Both the position numbers and the translations under genes were made by a program. A DNA stretch of 64,000 bases from Neophaeotheca triangularis (lineage: Eukaryota). Positions 1 to 13,118 of the stretch are shown piece after piece. The stretch covers positions 248,001 to 312,000 of the forward strand of contig BAAIJX010000005.1 of assembly GCA_054600435.1 (NCBI GenBank), given 5' to 3'. Every line of letters starts with the position of its first letter. Position 1 is the stretch's first letter. The notes beneath the pieces were generated by a model. It did not search any database and was not told where the DNA came from. It was given only the letters and a program-made list of their open reading frames with translations.

Positions 1-102
1 ATTCCATGTCGGGTATTTGTTCAGCAGAGCGTCTGCCACTGCGTTACCAAGGAAGCCAGCGCCTCCGGTCACCAGAACGTTCAGATCTTCCTTGACGGCC
101 AT
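1..102 (-). CDS. N-terminus of an extended SDR / NAD-dependent epimerase-dehydratase (3-beta-HSD/ERG26-like); runs off the left edge
   Basis: Manual translation from ATG at 102 gives MAVKEDLNVLVTGGAGFLGNAVADALLNKYPTWN, containing the Rossmann TGGxGxxG motif. Not in the ORF track. Confidence 0.8.
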   Translation of the reverse strand, partial: MAVKEDLNVLVTGGAGFLGNAVADALLNKYPTWN

Positions 103-731
103 AGGCTCCGGTGTGGGCAAGTGATGGGAGAGTCATCTGCGTCTTTACTCTGCCTTGCTGTATTTTAATTGTCCACTTCACTCAATTGACCGGGAGTAAA
201 ATCCATGGGCGACATCGACGCCTCGTTCTACAAGCGCATAATAAGCGAAAGCGAAAGTGCCGTAATGTCGACATGACATGGTCATTCCGTAATTTTTGTC
301 TCGGGTGTCTTGTCGTCAAGACTTTCTGCTCGGTTAAGGCTGGCATTTGTGGAGGGTCAGAGTTGGAGATGCACGTTGGTTTTTTTTTTTTTTCCAGACT
401 GCATCTGATATTATTGACTGTATGTACACATCGCTATATAATGGGACCATCCAAGTGTTACAAGTGGTATTTGGCACTGGTCACACCCCCTGTTAGCACT
501 CAATAATCGCAATTCGGAAGTCCGCCATCCCATCCGGGACATTGTGAACATTCTGTCCGCATCTTGAACACACACATTGGCTACACCCACGGCGCACACT
601 TATAGACGAACGTAAACTCCAAGAAATCACCAGCCGCATCACGCATAACCGCCACTGCGAAGCACCCCGAACATATCATCCCAAAACCACCACCCCAAAT
701 CCCACACCCAATTCCCTACCAAAACACAAAA

Positions 732-1448
732 ATGCACCTCAACACCACCACAGCCCTCTCCCACCCCTCCATCCTCCTAGTCCCCTACACCGCCCGCCAC
801 GTCCCCACCTACCACACCTGGATGCAATCCCCCGCTCTCCGTGAAGCCACAGCCTCCGAACCGCTGACCCTGCCCGAAGAACACACGATGCAAGAAACCT
901 GGCGCAGCGACGGCGACAAACTGACATTCATAACCTGCCTTCCCTTGCCACGGGCGGAGAAAAGCTCGGGCCGGGGTTTCAGGGCAGGGACGGAGGAGAT
1001 GATCGGGGATGTGAATCTTTTCTTGTCTGAGCCGGATGAGGAGGAGTTTGAAGGGGTGGGAGTGGTGGCCGAGGTGGAGCTTATGGTTGCGAAACCCGAG
1101 TGCAGGCGGATGGGGTATGGGAGGGCGGCTGTGAGGGTGTTTTTGGGATTTGTGGTAGCGAATTGGGAGGGGCTAGTGGCTGAGAATCGGGCTTGGAGGG
1201 TTGCGAAAGGGGAGAGGGGTGGGCAGGGCGAGGGCGTGGGGACTTGTTGTTTTGTCGTCAAGATGAAGGAGGGGAATGTGGGGAGTATTGCGTTGTTTGA
1301 GTCTTTGGGGTTTGTTATGAAGGGGGAGGGGGCGAATTACTTTGGGGAGGTGGAAATGAGGTTGCGACCTACCGAGGAGTGGGTTCAGGGTGCTAAGAAG
1401 TGGTATGAGGAATGCGAGGTGCTTGAATATGGCAGCGGAGGGGATTGA
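732..1448 (+). CDS. GNAT N-acetyltransferase, NAT9-like
   Basis: Motifs LVPY..HVPTYHTWM, TASEPLTL.EE..MQ..WR.D.DKLTFI, MIGDVNLFL, EVELMVA, NYFGEVE are typical of the NAT9 family. Single exon. Confidence 0.9.
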   Translation: MHLNTTTALSHPSILLVPYTARHVPTYHTWMQSPALREATASEPLTLPEEHTMQETWRSDGDKLTFITCLPLPRAEKSSGRGFRAGTEEMIGDVNLFLSEPDEEEFEGVGVVAEVELMVAKPECRRMGYGRAAVRVFLGFVVANWEGLVAENRAWRVAKGERGGQGEGVGTCCFVVKMKEGNVGSIALFESLGFVMKGEGANYFGEVEMRLRPTEEWVQGAKKWYEECEVLEYGSGGD

Positions 1449-1626
1449 GAGCAATTGGGGATGGTCACTCGGGAAGGTTGGATGGAAGGTATCATGACTT
1501 TTCATACGGAACGGTGCTGAACCCGAGAGAGCTAGCTATGCACACCTGCGCCTCGCTCGCCACCAGCTTATCATTAAGCCATTGACGGTTCGTCGCTCGA
1601 CAACGCACTTCGTCAAGCTCGCAAGC

Positions 1627-3082
<1,456 letters not shown>

Positions 3083-3755
3083 TCAGCTCAGCGTCAGTCA
3101 GGGTGAGGATGGTCTGTCGAATGCAGGGCGTCTGCCGGTATTAATGCTGGCGGGGGCGCTTCCCGATGTCGTCCGCAGCCAGCAATGATAGTACCTCGGA
3201 GGTGGTCTCAGACTTACCTGGAGGAGCTGCCGGTTACTTTGTCGATGTGATTGGTGTGCTTCAGTTGAAAGAGAGGGAGTGATGGTAGTAGTGAGGAGGG
3301 GATATGATGATGGTCGCCAGGCAAAACAAAAAAGTCCAGCCTTTGCTTCTTCTGACGTTGAGCTGTTTCTGCCCCACCATCCATGCCACCACGGGCACCC
3401 TCATATCCTGAGACAGGGACCCGCCGATGTAACGCCGATTACTAGTACTGCTGACTAATAATGTCACTACCTTATCGATCGGGCTGCTGGCACTCCCGAG
3501 ACCGCCCCGGTGACGCCGACTGCAGGCGTGCCTGGGGAAGTGAGAGGGAGCTACAGTACTACTGTAGTAGTTGAATGATACTAGCTGTGGAAACACAACG
3601 CCATCAACTTCACCTTGACCACCCATCTGTTTCCTACCCACCATCTCTCACCAAGAACAAGCCTCCGACTAGACCATTCACCAGCTTCGCCACTCGAAAC
3701 ACCCTCCCGAGCAACGACAACAACAGCACCGGAACTCAAACGTAAAGTCGAGAGG

Positions 3756-5046
3756 ATGGCGAGCGCGGACCCGGAGCGCGAGCACGCGCTGGAAGAGTAC
3801 AAGAACAAGCTGCTGGAATCAAGAGAGGCCGAAGCGAAGCTCAAGGCGCTGCGTTCGGAGATCAAGGGGCTGCAACATGACTTCGACGTCAGCGAGGAGA
3901 ACATCAAAGCGCTGCAAAGTGTCGGTCAGATCATCGGCGAGGTGCTCAAACAACTGGACGAGGAGCGATGTAAGTGGCGAGGATAATATATTAAGAGAAG
4001 ATGGCGGGAAGCTGACAACGATCGCGCAGTCATTGTCAAAGCCTCTTCAGGACCCCGATATGTTGTTGGCTGCCGCTCAAAGGTCGACAAAATGAAGCTC
4101 AAACAAGGCGTCCGTGTGGCTCTCGACATGACCACACTAACCATCATGCGCATGCTTCCTCGCGAAGTAGATCCCATGGTCTACAACATGTCTCTCGAAG
4201 ATCCCGGCCAGGTGTCATTCGGCGGTATTGGTGGTTTGAACGAGCAAATACGAGAGCTGAGGGAGGTGATTGAGCTGCCACTCAAGAACCCTGAACTCTT
4301 TATGCGGGTTGGCATCAAACCGCCAAAAGGTGTGCTATTGTACGGACCGCCAGGCACAGGAAAGACACTTCTCGCAAGAGCCGTAGCCAGTGGGCTGGAG
4401 ACAAACTTCCTTAAGGGTAAGCAACACATTACAGTCCCATCTCCGCGCAGCCACTAACACCTCACCAGTCGTCTCTTCAGCCATCGTCGACAAGTACATC
4501 GGTGAATCCGCCCGTCTCATTCGCGAAATGTTCGGCTACGCCAAAGAACACGAACCCTGCATCATCTTCATGGACGAAATCGACGCCATCGGCGGTCGCC
4601 GTTTCTCCGAGGGCACAAGCGCCGACCGCGAGATCCAGCGTACGCTCATGGAGCTCCTCAACCAGCTTGACGGTTTCGACTACCTCGGAAAGACCAAGAT
4701 CATCATGGCGACCAACCGACCCGACACTCTCGACCCCGCGCTACTCAGAGCAGGAAGATTGGACCGCAAGATCGAGATCCCTCTGCCGAATGAGGCTGGT
4801 AGGCTGGAGGTTCTCAAGATTCATGCGGGCAGTGTTGCCAAGGACGGGGAGATTGACTTTGAGAGCGTGGTCAAGATGTCGGATGGGCTGAACGGTGCTG
4901 ATTTGAGGAACGTGGTCACCGAGGCTGGACTGTTCGCCATCAAGGACTACCGTGAGGCGATCAACCAAGACGATTTCAACAAGGCTGTGAGGAAGGTGGC
5001 TGAGAGCAAGAAGCTTGAGGGTAAATTAGAGTACAACAAACTCTAG
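3756..5046 (+). CDS. RPT4: 26S proteasome AAA-ATPase subunit Rpt4 (introns 3970-4029, 4417-4468)
   Basis: [45 protein letters not shown], Walker A GPPGTGKT, Walker [10 protein letters not shown]-terminus [12 protein letters not shown]. Confidence 0.97.
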
Positions 5047-5852
5047 TCTAACATCGACGGCGCTGCTTGTGAAGTGGGAGAAGAAAAGGGTGGTTGTGGC
5101 CGGGCTGAGGGCGGGATCAGAACCCCTGTATACTACGTTGCGCTTAGCTTAATTCTTGCGCCCGATGCCATCCAATACAAGTTCTCCTCAAGCCTGACAT
5201 TTATTAGGCTCTCTATCCTATCTAAATCGAACGCCGGAGATGAGCACATGTCTATCATATGTCCCGCTAGCCCAGTATATATTCCAGACATCCAATTCGG
5301 TATTAACCTCTCAGCCGTGGCGCAGGCAACGGCTACGTAGCCTTTTACCATAATCAGGACACCAGTCTAGAGATACTACAGGATCGCCAAATACGTAGCA
5401 GTGGTACTTCCCGCCCCCTGAGTTCATTGGCCACTAGTGGGGAGGGGCAGTAGTAGAGAGGTTTCCAGAGTAGAAGCGTATCCAGCAAGACGTCGGTCGC
5501 CGCTATATAGTGGTGTTGCTCACCGATATCAATACCGGGCTGCTTGTGACCAGGGGCAGCGACTTGCAGTACCTAGGTAGCCACCGCCAGGGGCAGTTGG
5601 GCAGTCCGTCACCGCCATGGGAAAAGCCGTCCCGAAACTAGCGTTCCAACCCAACAAACCAATCAAAGCCCGCCCACCTCAGCACTGACCCAAGCAACGT
5701 CCAACTCCAACCACACCTCGCTATCCCGGCCTTCCAGTGGCGTTTCCAAATCCCAGCGCCTCCAGCATCCAAAACTCTCCCTCGCCCATTGGAACCCACG
5801 AACTTGACAACCCTAGGCTCTCCAAAGCAACCTCCAAAAGCACTCGCCAGGA

Positions 5853-6561
5853 ATGCCCATTTCCACCCCCGACGGGAGATCGAAACCCGACTCGGAAGAA
5901 GCCCCAAACGCCACTCCAGCATCCAGCACCCCGACCCCAGAAGCAACAGAGACGTCGACGTGGAAATCCAGTGAGAGTAGATTTACCGGGTACGTCCTTG
6001 CCATATCAAACCTCCACCATCAGCCGCAACAACAACAACCAAAACCCCATCATCAGTCCCCAACCCCCACTCCAATCTCAAACCACTCCTTCCCATCCAT
6101 ATATTCATTCAATATCGAACAGCTGGATACCATAACACACCACTAATTCCAATCCCCGAGGGCCACAGCAAACGCTACTCCGAGTACTTCGACCCGTGCC
6201 AAGAAAAGGCCGACCGTAGTTTAAAATGCCTGCGGAGGAATGGAGGCGATAGGGCAATGTGTACGGATTACTTTGAGTGAGTTCTTTAACCACCCACATG
6301 CCACGATGCACGTGTTGGCTTGTTGGTATGGATAGGTTCTGGGAGTGGGGATTGCTGACGGTTGTTTGGCTGCAGGGCTTATAAGGAGTGTAAGAAGGGA
6401 TGGGTAAGTGATCTCACAGTTTTTTTTTTCAGAAGGGGGGGCGGAAGAACTTGATTGTTTGGGGAATTCGAGGATTGGCAATGCTGACGTCGTTGCAGAT
6501 GGAGGAGATGAAGGAGGCGAAGCGGCAAGCACGGCAGGAGCGGGGTGGGTGGTTTAGCTGA
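5853..6561 (+). CDS. COX23: Mitochondrial twin-CX9C cytochrome c oxidase assembly factor (exons 5853-5989, 6169-6276, 6376-6403, 6499-6561)
   Basis: Spliced product ...[58 protein letters not shown]... has C-X9-C-X10-C-X9-C with the S.YFDPCQE lead-in typical of Cox23. All three introns are GT-AG. Confidence 0.88.
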
Positions 6562-7081
6562 CGGGTTACTGGGAACGGTCACGGGAAAGCATTTGTTGCA
6601 AAGTGATTTGAGGGGTGTCTAGCTGAAGGCTACTAGGGCTACGCTATCTCCCCTCCGCAGAACAGGTTGCATCGTTCCAGTCTCGTGGCGGGCAGGCAGG
6701 AGGAACGGTAAAGGCACAAGGCCACGCGACGGGTTAAAGCAGCAGTCCTCAAAAGCCTAGCCTGCAACCGCGCCATGCTAAGAGAATTATGATGCTTTGA
6801 TGGAACTAGTTTCGCAAAAAGGAGGTTTTTGCACAGCGAGTTTGATCGATGCCGACTCGCGATGGAAAGGGGTATCCACGAGCTCCTTTGTGCGCCGAGT
6901 ACGCCTGCCGGTGATGGGGACTTTTCGAGTCGTATGGAGAGGCCGAAAAGGCTAACCGCGCGCATGAGTACGCCTCTGCGGGCGAGTACGCCCCATACCA
7001 CTCATGCACACATCATCATCGTACTACACATTTTAGTATCGTGCCTTGTTGGGTGGTCAGGGGAGAAAGGGGCTGATATGT

Positions 7082-9420
7082 TCAGCGACCAACCTGGTGT
7101 CCTCCGTTCTGGTTTCCCGGGTTGTTGTTCGTAGCTTGCGACTGCTTTCCGTTCCCTTGAGGGGTTCCCGCGCCAATTTCGGCGGCCATGGCCATTGAGA
7201 CCACCCTAGAGCCATTGATAAGGGCGTCGACTTTGAGGTATTCCTTCATCGCATCCTTGGTGCCGTAGTTCTGGAGGTACTGGAAATACCTACCAAAAGC
7301 CTGCTTGGTGTAGTCGGGAGAGATCTGAGTCAAGTGAAGGATGTCGTCGAAGACGGACTTGACGCGCTCGTACTTGCGGGAGTCGGTTCCGTTGGCGTTT
7401 TGGTCGAGCTCGAAACTGGCGTAGCCGTCCCAGAACGGAGCGCAGTTTGAGTACTCCTGCTTGTGTGACTCGAAGAGGCTGCGAGCCTCAAGGATGTTGC
7501 CTTTGACTTTGCCGACCAAGCGAGCGGCTTCAACAAGCACAGCTCCTTTGGTGTCCGGGAGGCAGCCTGGGTTCTCGATGTGTTGCTTGCAGACCGAGAT
7601 GGCGGCATCGACACCTAGCTGGCGGCGAGTGATGTTGACGTGCGCGATGATGACCTCCAAATCGTCGGGGAGCTGATCGAGCACCGCCTTGATGATGTCA
7701 AGGGCGTAGTCGATGTTGCTCTGGGTTTCCTCAAAGTAGGCGTACTGCAGGCGAACGGCTGGCTCGGCGATCGGGACGAAAATTTGGCTGGCGCGCTGGA
7801 AGATGTTGCGAACCTCCTGCGCCTTGTCGCCCTGCTGAGCCAACATCCACCTCGCATAGCGGAACCAGAGGTCTTGGTGGTACGCGAGGACAACCAGGGC
7901 ACGCTCGTACAACATCTTGCAACTCTCATAGCTGCCATTGACCTCCTCGAAACCAAGGTACTCCTCCCAAGCCATGACATCCGACTCCGAACGCTTCATG
8001 GGGAGGAAGTAGTTCTGAGTCTGCGCAAGCGCGTCCTCATGTGGAATGCGCTTCGAGACTTCGTGCTTGGTGCGCTCAATGGTCTGACGGTGCGTGTTGA
8101 CGATCACGTCGCGGGTGGTCTGGTCGACATTAAGGCCAGGGTTCCTGGTCGCCTCTTGTTGAACGCCGTTGTGGACCTCGAAGAAGTGCTCAGGAGTAGC
8201 GATCTCCTGAATAGGCATCGTCTGAGCCAGCTGGAGCAAGGTCGAAGCGTACTTGTCGGCGGCACGGATGGGTAGACGGATGATGCGGAGCAGCAGCTGA
8301 ACGTAGCGGGCCTTGCTGTCGTTGGCGTTGGACTCAAAAGCCAGGTACTTATCCCAAATGTCGGAGGCTTGGAAGTCAAGTCCGACGTCCTCGACAGCGC
8401 GCTCGAATAGCCTGGGTTGGAAAGTCAGCATGGTTAGTCTCGGCCAACAGGGTGTACGAAAAGGTGGGCAGGAAATGGTGGGAGCTGACATCCCCGAGAA
8501 TAAGCTCGAACGCTGTTGGTGGAAATGGAGCAGCCGGGCACGTATTGCAAAGGGGAAGAGGAGTTGAAGAGAGGTCAAAGAAGACCAAAACAAAAGGTTG
8601 AGTGCAGTGCGCGGGTGCTAGGTAAGTGCGGTCTCATGGTGAGTGGTGATCGAGGTGGCGCGGCTGAGAATAACGTGAGGCTCCAAGCACCTTTCGCCTT
8701 CTTGGCTTCGGGAGGGACGTCTCACCAACGGCGCTGAAGCTTGCGCGATTGTATGCTTGTGCTGTCGCTGCTCTTTCGCCTTGCACTCTTTCTAGATCTT
8801 GACAATGGTGTGGAGTCTGGGCAGGGTGGGGAGGAATGAGGGCTGCCCGACAACTTACTCTCTGATCTGGTCGTCATCGTGGCATGATTCGAGTTTGAAG
8901 GTGATGTAGCCATCCCACAGACCGAGGACGTGGGGACAGCAGGCAACACCGCGCTCGTAGATCTGTTTGGCGAAGTGTGAGTCAAGTGTTATTGGTTGAC
9001 TGGAGTGAACATCAAAGAGATCCGTACCATTTCGGCCGTGTCGGTGCCGCCAATCGTGAACTCGGTGGACGCATACTTGCGCCAGTAGCCGAAGTAGAGC
9101 GGGAACCTGGCAAGGAGCTCGTCGTAGGTCTCGCGGAAGAGCGTGATGGCTTCGGGAGTGGAGTTACGGCTGATTCCACCGTCCTGGGCCTCGACAGCCT
9201 CGAGGAGTGGGCCCCAGGCGTCAGCGTTCTCCGGGTTCCTTTGCTATTGAAATGTGTTAGCGCATGGTGAAGAAAGAGCAGAGGCAGCGCATTGCGATGT
9301 GCGCGCGACTCTGTCTTCACTACTCACCACTTCAGCGGCGATGGCGACGAGCTTGGAGTCCTGGCTGATGCTGAAGTCGGCCGTGTGGAATGGGCGCTGG
9401 TTGGTGAACTTCATGGCCAT
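7082..9420 (-). CDS. PRP39: U1 snRNP HAT-repeat splicing factor Prp39 (multi-exon; includes a 447-nt intron 8412-8858; 3' end may be further spliced)
   Basis: Spliced segments TYDELLARFPLYFGYWRKYA, IYERGVA, ELFERAVEDVGLDFQASDIWDKYL, LYERAL...LWFRYARWM, EVRNIFQRASQIFVPI are characteristic of Prp39. Confidence 0.9.
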
Positions 9421-10074
9421 GGCTGCGCAAATGTGCGCGTGGCGCGTGTGAGGTCGAAAAGGGTAGTGATGGTATGAGTGGGAGCGGAAGAATGGCAAGA
9501 TGTCGGTGAGAAGATGGTCAGGTGGGTGTAGGATGCGGGAGGGAGTGAGAGGTGACAATTATTGAAGGTCGTGTTGCGCAAAGAAGCCCCAGTCAAAGGT
9601 AGAGGTTGGTAAGTACCTAGGTAAGCGTGCGACGCGCGAAAGTGTCTGCTTAGTCATGCATGCAGGGCGTGGTGGGGGGTTCCGTCGTCATGCTGGCCAA
9701 TAAGAACCTTAAGGTAACCTTGGAAGTATCTCTAGCGCCTGAGGCATGGATATTGGATATACAGGTAAGGTAGTAACTGGGGGGTATAATGAGATCATCA
9801 GGCAGTATGTAAACCGGTGAGGCAGTGACCCCTGGCAATAATATCCATATGCGCTATAAGCTACCTACCCCTGTGCCTAGCTACCATGCGCCGCTGCGAG
9901 GTGGGCGGGCATCCTGATTTCCACCTCAGCCTTGTACCACCAAGCTGACCGTCAGCTCCGCGAAAGCACAAAACACAGGCGCTGATAAAGCGTTTAGTAC
10001 CGCACGCTACCCTCTTCCACTGCACCGTCTCCGCCTCCTTTCTCTTCTTGCTCTGCTTGCGCTTTGTCTTTGTC

Positions 10075-11147
10075 ATGGCTGACATTGGTGAGCGCGCTCG
10101 TGCGAAAGCGCATGTGACGTCGCAGCCAACCCTCCCAGTCACACCAACCGACATCGATCCAAGCCAACGGCGTCGTACGAGGCCCCTGGAGGTGCTATGT
10201 TTGGGCAGAGAACGTACAGGAACACTTTGTCCGTCTAGATACTCCTGGCTGCAGCGAGAAAGATCACTGATCGTGACCAGCACTGCGTGTGGCCTTACTT
10301 GAGCTTGGTTATTATGACGCCTACCACATGGCGGTATGTAGTCGCGGCCATCATCGGGTACCGTATGGCGGGGAGCTAACTATTGCTTCCACAGTCCTGC
10401 TTGGTTGAGAACCCAAGGGACCAGGAGTGGTGGGTGCGAGCAATCGACGCCAAGTTCAACGGCAAAGGCCAGTTCACAGCCGAAGATTGGGAGCACCTCC
10501 TTGGGGACTGCATGGCCGTGGTCGATAACCCCATCGCCTCCTTCGCAGATGAACTGGTAGATCTGTATCCAGATGCGAAGATCATCCTGACTGTCCGGGA
10601 CGATGCCGGCGTTTGGCACACATCGATCATGAACACTGTGTACAGGACCTTTGAGCGCGCGCTCCCTCATTCAATTCGCCATCCCGGTCTTAGTCCACTG
10701 TACCACTTACAAAGGTTCCTTACGCCCTCGACAGGACAATCCAAGTTTCTCCGCAAGCTCTTTGCCATGTTGGACTACGAGAACATGCCGCGCGACGGTC
10801 CCAAGATGTATACCATGCACAACGACAGCATCCGACGGCTTGCAAAAGGGCGCGATTTCCTCGAATTCAACGTGAAAGAAGGATGGGAGCCTTTGTGCAA
10901 GTTCTTGGGCAAGCCTATCCCGGACAAGCCTTTTCCAAGGATCAATGACACCGCCAACTATCAAAGTAGATGGCCCTCCATGCGGTTTGGGATCGACGGA
11001 CTATACGTTACGAATCTTTGCTTCAATGCCGGTCTGCTGCTCCTGGTTGCTGGGGTGATTCACCGGTATCAAGGAGGGCCAGGTATCTGGTGGAAGGATA
11101 CAGCATGGCCCATACTGACTGGAAGGTGGCTAAGCGTAGTCTGGTGA
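10075..11147 (+). CDS. P-loop sulfotransferase-like protein (fungal Sulfotransfer_4 type) with C-terminal hydrophobic helix; 2 introns near 10229-10280 and 10334-10394
   Basis: LEVLCLGRERTGTLSLRVAL..LGY..AYHM, AVVDNP..FADELVDLYPDAKIILTVRD, FLEFNVKEGWEPLCKFLGKPIPDKPFPRIND. Confidence 0.85.
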
Positions 11148-11210
11148 GGTTCTCACTTGAGGGGAGCATGTTGCGTCGCTCGAAGATCCTGGAGGGATTT
11201 GCAGTAGTCT

Positions 11211-12717
11211 TCAGCTGAAGGTTACTTTTTTGCCAGTCAGATCGCGAACAATTTGGTCGAGATCCTCGCGCTTGCGCTTTCGCTCCGCACCCTCTTCTGT
11301 TGCCTCGGTTTTTTCAATGTCTTCTTCTTGCTCTGCAACGGCGTCCTCTCGTGTGCGAGGGCGCCAGCATCTAATGGTACCGTCGGCGTGCGACGAGTAC
11401 ATCTCAACATTGTGTGCTCTCCACGCCAAGGATGTAGTCCTATTCCGTAGATTGAGTACACCAGCATTGCTCCCCCTAGCGGCTGAAGCGGTCCCTGTAC
11501 CCGGTGCCCGTAGTCGACTGAACAGATTCCCTTCGTGGAGGTCGGAAGCAAGTATCTCTTTAGGGTTCGGGTAGTAGACAACTTGTCTCCCCGGCGCAGA
11601 GATATTTGTCGGAGCGACTAACGGGACCAGAGCTGATGTATGTGTATTCTTGAGCGAAGGACCGAAGTTTGCCAGCGTATTGGCACCGGTATGCATATCC
11701 CAAACCCGCATTCGCTCGTCGTGTCCCACTGAGACGATGTTTGAGCCATCGTCACTCCAGGCAATTCCATTGACTACCCCGTTGTGAGCTTTACCTCCTT
11801 CGCGTCTACGAGCCCCAGTGCCTCTGCCATCGAAGCCAGCGATACCTATGCTGTCTTCCATGTCGAGTAATCCAAGGCTGCTCGCGCTACGTCGAACATC
11901 CCATAGCCGGACGGTTCCGTCGGTTCCACCACTCGCGAGAATATTCTCATTTCGTGGATGCCATGCTACTGTTAGCACGGAACCTGCATGGCCAGCAAGC
12001 GAGTGGGTACTGGCTCCAGAACGCAGATCTATCAGGCGCACGGAGGGATGTTGGGATGCGCAAGCGACTAGCAAGTGAGAACCAGCACCAGATGTCGCGT
12101 GAGAGTGAACAACTGCCCCGATATCAAAAGTTGCAGATGCCTCAAGTGTCTCGGACGAGAACAGCTTCACTGTGTGATCATAGCCACTGGTCAGAAATGC
12201 CAGCGAATCAAAGGGGTAGAACGAGATGCCTGTGATTCCTAGGCTTTCGGTCGTAGACGTCCTGCGACAATTGTCAATACCTACTCACCTGGCTATTGAG
12301 AGGATGAACCGAACCTAGTGGCATGAGCAAATGGCACATGATAGGCCTCACCGCGACGAACACTCGACGGAGTTTCGAGATCCCAAATGGCGATGGAGGA
12401 ATCTGCACCCGCAGAAAGTAGGCTCAGTATAGTCGTCAGCATCGCTTCGAGGGCTTCTGGTACCATGGACAAGCATACTATCTACCCTCGAACCGATCAA
12501 CACAGATGCTGCTTACACCAGCGGCGTGTGCAAGATCTTTCGGCCGCCTGGGAGTAATGTCTTCTCCATCTGCATCGTCGTCCGAGGCTGGCTTGTGGCG
12601 CGAGAAGCGCACACCCGGCGCTGCCTGAATCAATCGCAAGAGTCGATCATTCTGCGCGGTTGCGAAAGCCTGATGGCTGATGGAGCCAATCTGGCGGTTC
12701 AGGAGATACGAGTTCAT
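11211..12717 (-). CDS. ERCC8: WD40 transcription-coupled repair protein, CSA/ERCC8 (Rad28/Ckn1) family; 2 introns
   Basis: AHAAGVSSICVDRFEGRYLLSAGADSSIAIWDLE, FYPFDSLAFLTSGYDHTVK, VRLIDLRSGASTHSLAGH, LWDVRRSA, KAHNGVVNG. Confidence 0.88.
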
Positions 12718-12800
12718 TCACTCTGGCGCGACAGCCTCATCCCGGAATTCGGTGCTTAGGTAGTATATAAAGCGGACAGGCTGACAGTGATGATTAGTGC

Positions 12801-12801
<1 letters not shown>

Positions 12802-12843
<42 letters not shown>
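12802..12843. repeat. (AGT)14 microsatellite in the ERCC8/RRN10 divergent intergenic region
   Basis: Perfect agt tandem run read directly. Confidence 0.95.
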
Positions 12844-12844
<1 letters not shown>

Positions 12845-13118
12845 ACAGGTACGAGTACTGGTACAAGGTGGTGTCGCGGTTTGGGGTTGTTATTAGGTAC
12901 CTCACTTGACTACTCGAGATGACTGCGGGACGGTCAATCTTGGAAGCGAACGAGACGAGCCCGAGGTGGTCATCTTTTGGGCTTGGCATCGTGACGTCTG
13001 TTTCAAGGTTGTTGCCATTTCCTCCTACTTCACTCGTCCTCACACCTTGCAACTGTTTCAGTAGTAGTACCACCTTCTATATCACAATGCTCAATATCTG
13101 ACTGTTGACTCTCGATTC

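Noticed and set aside
5030..5046. Rpt4 ends in -NKL, resembling a PTS1
   Set aside because: This is the normal conserved Rpt4 tail, not evidence of peroxisomal targeting.
12262..12352. Apparent ERCC8 microexon flanked by GTGAG donors
   Set aside because: It would need 27- and 37-nt introns. A single 53-nt GTTCGG..CAG intron restores the frame more simply.
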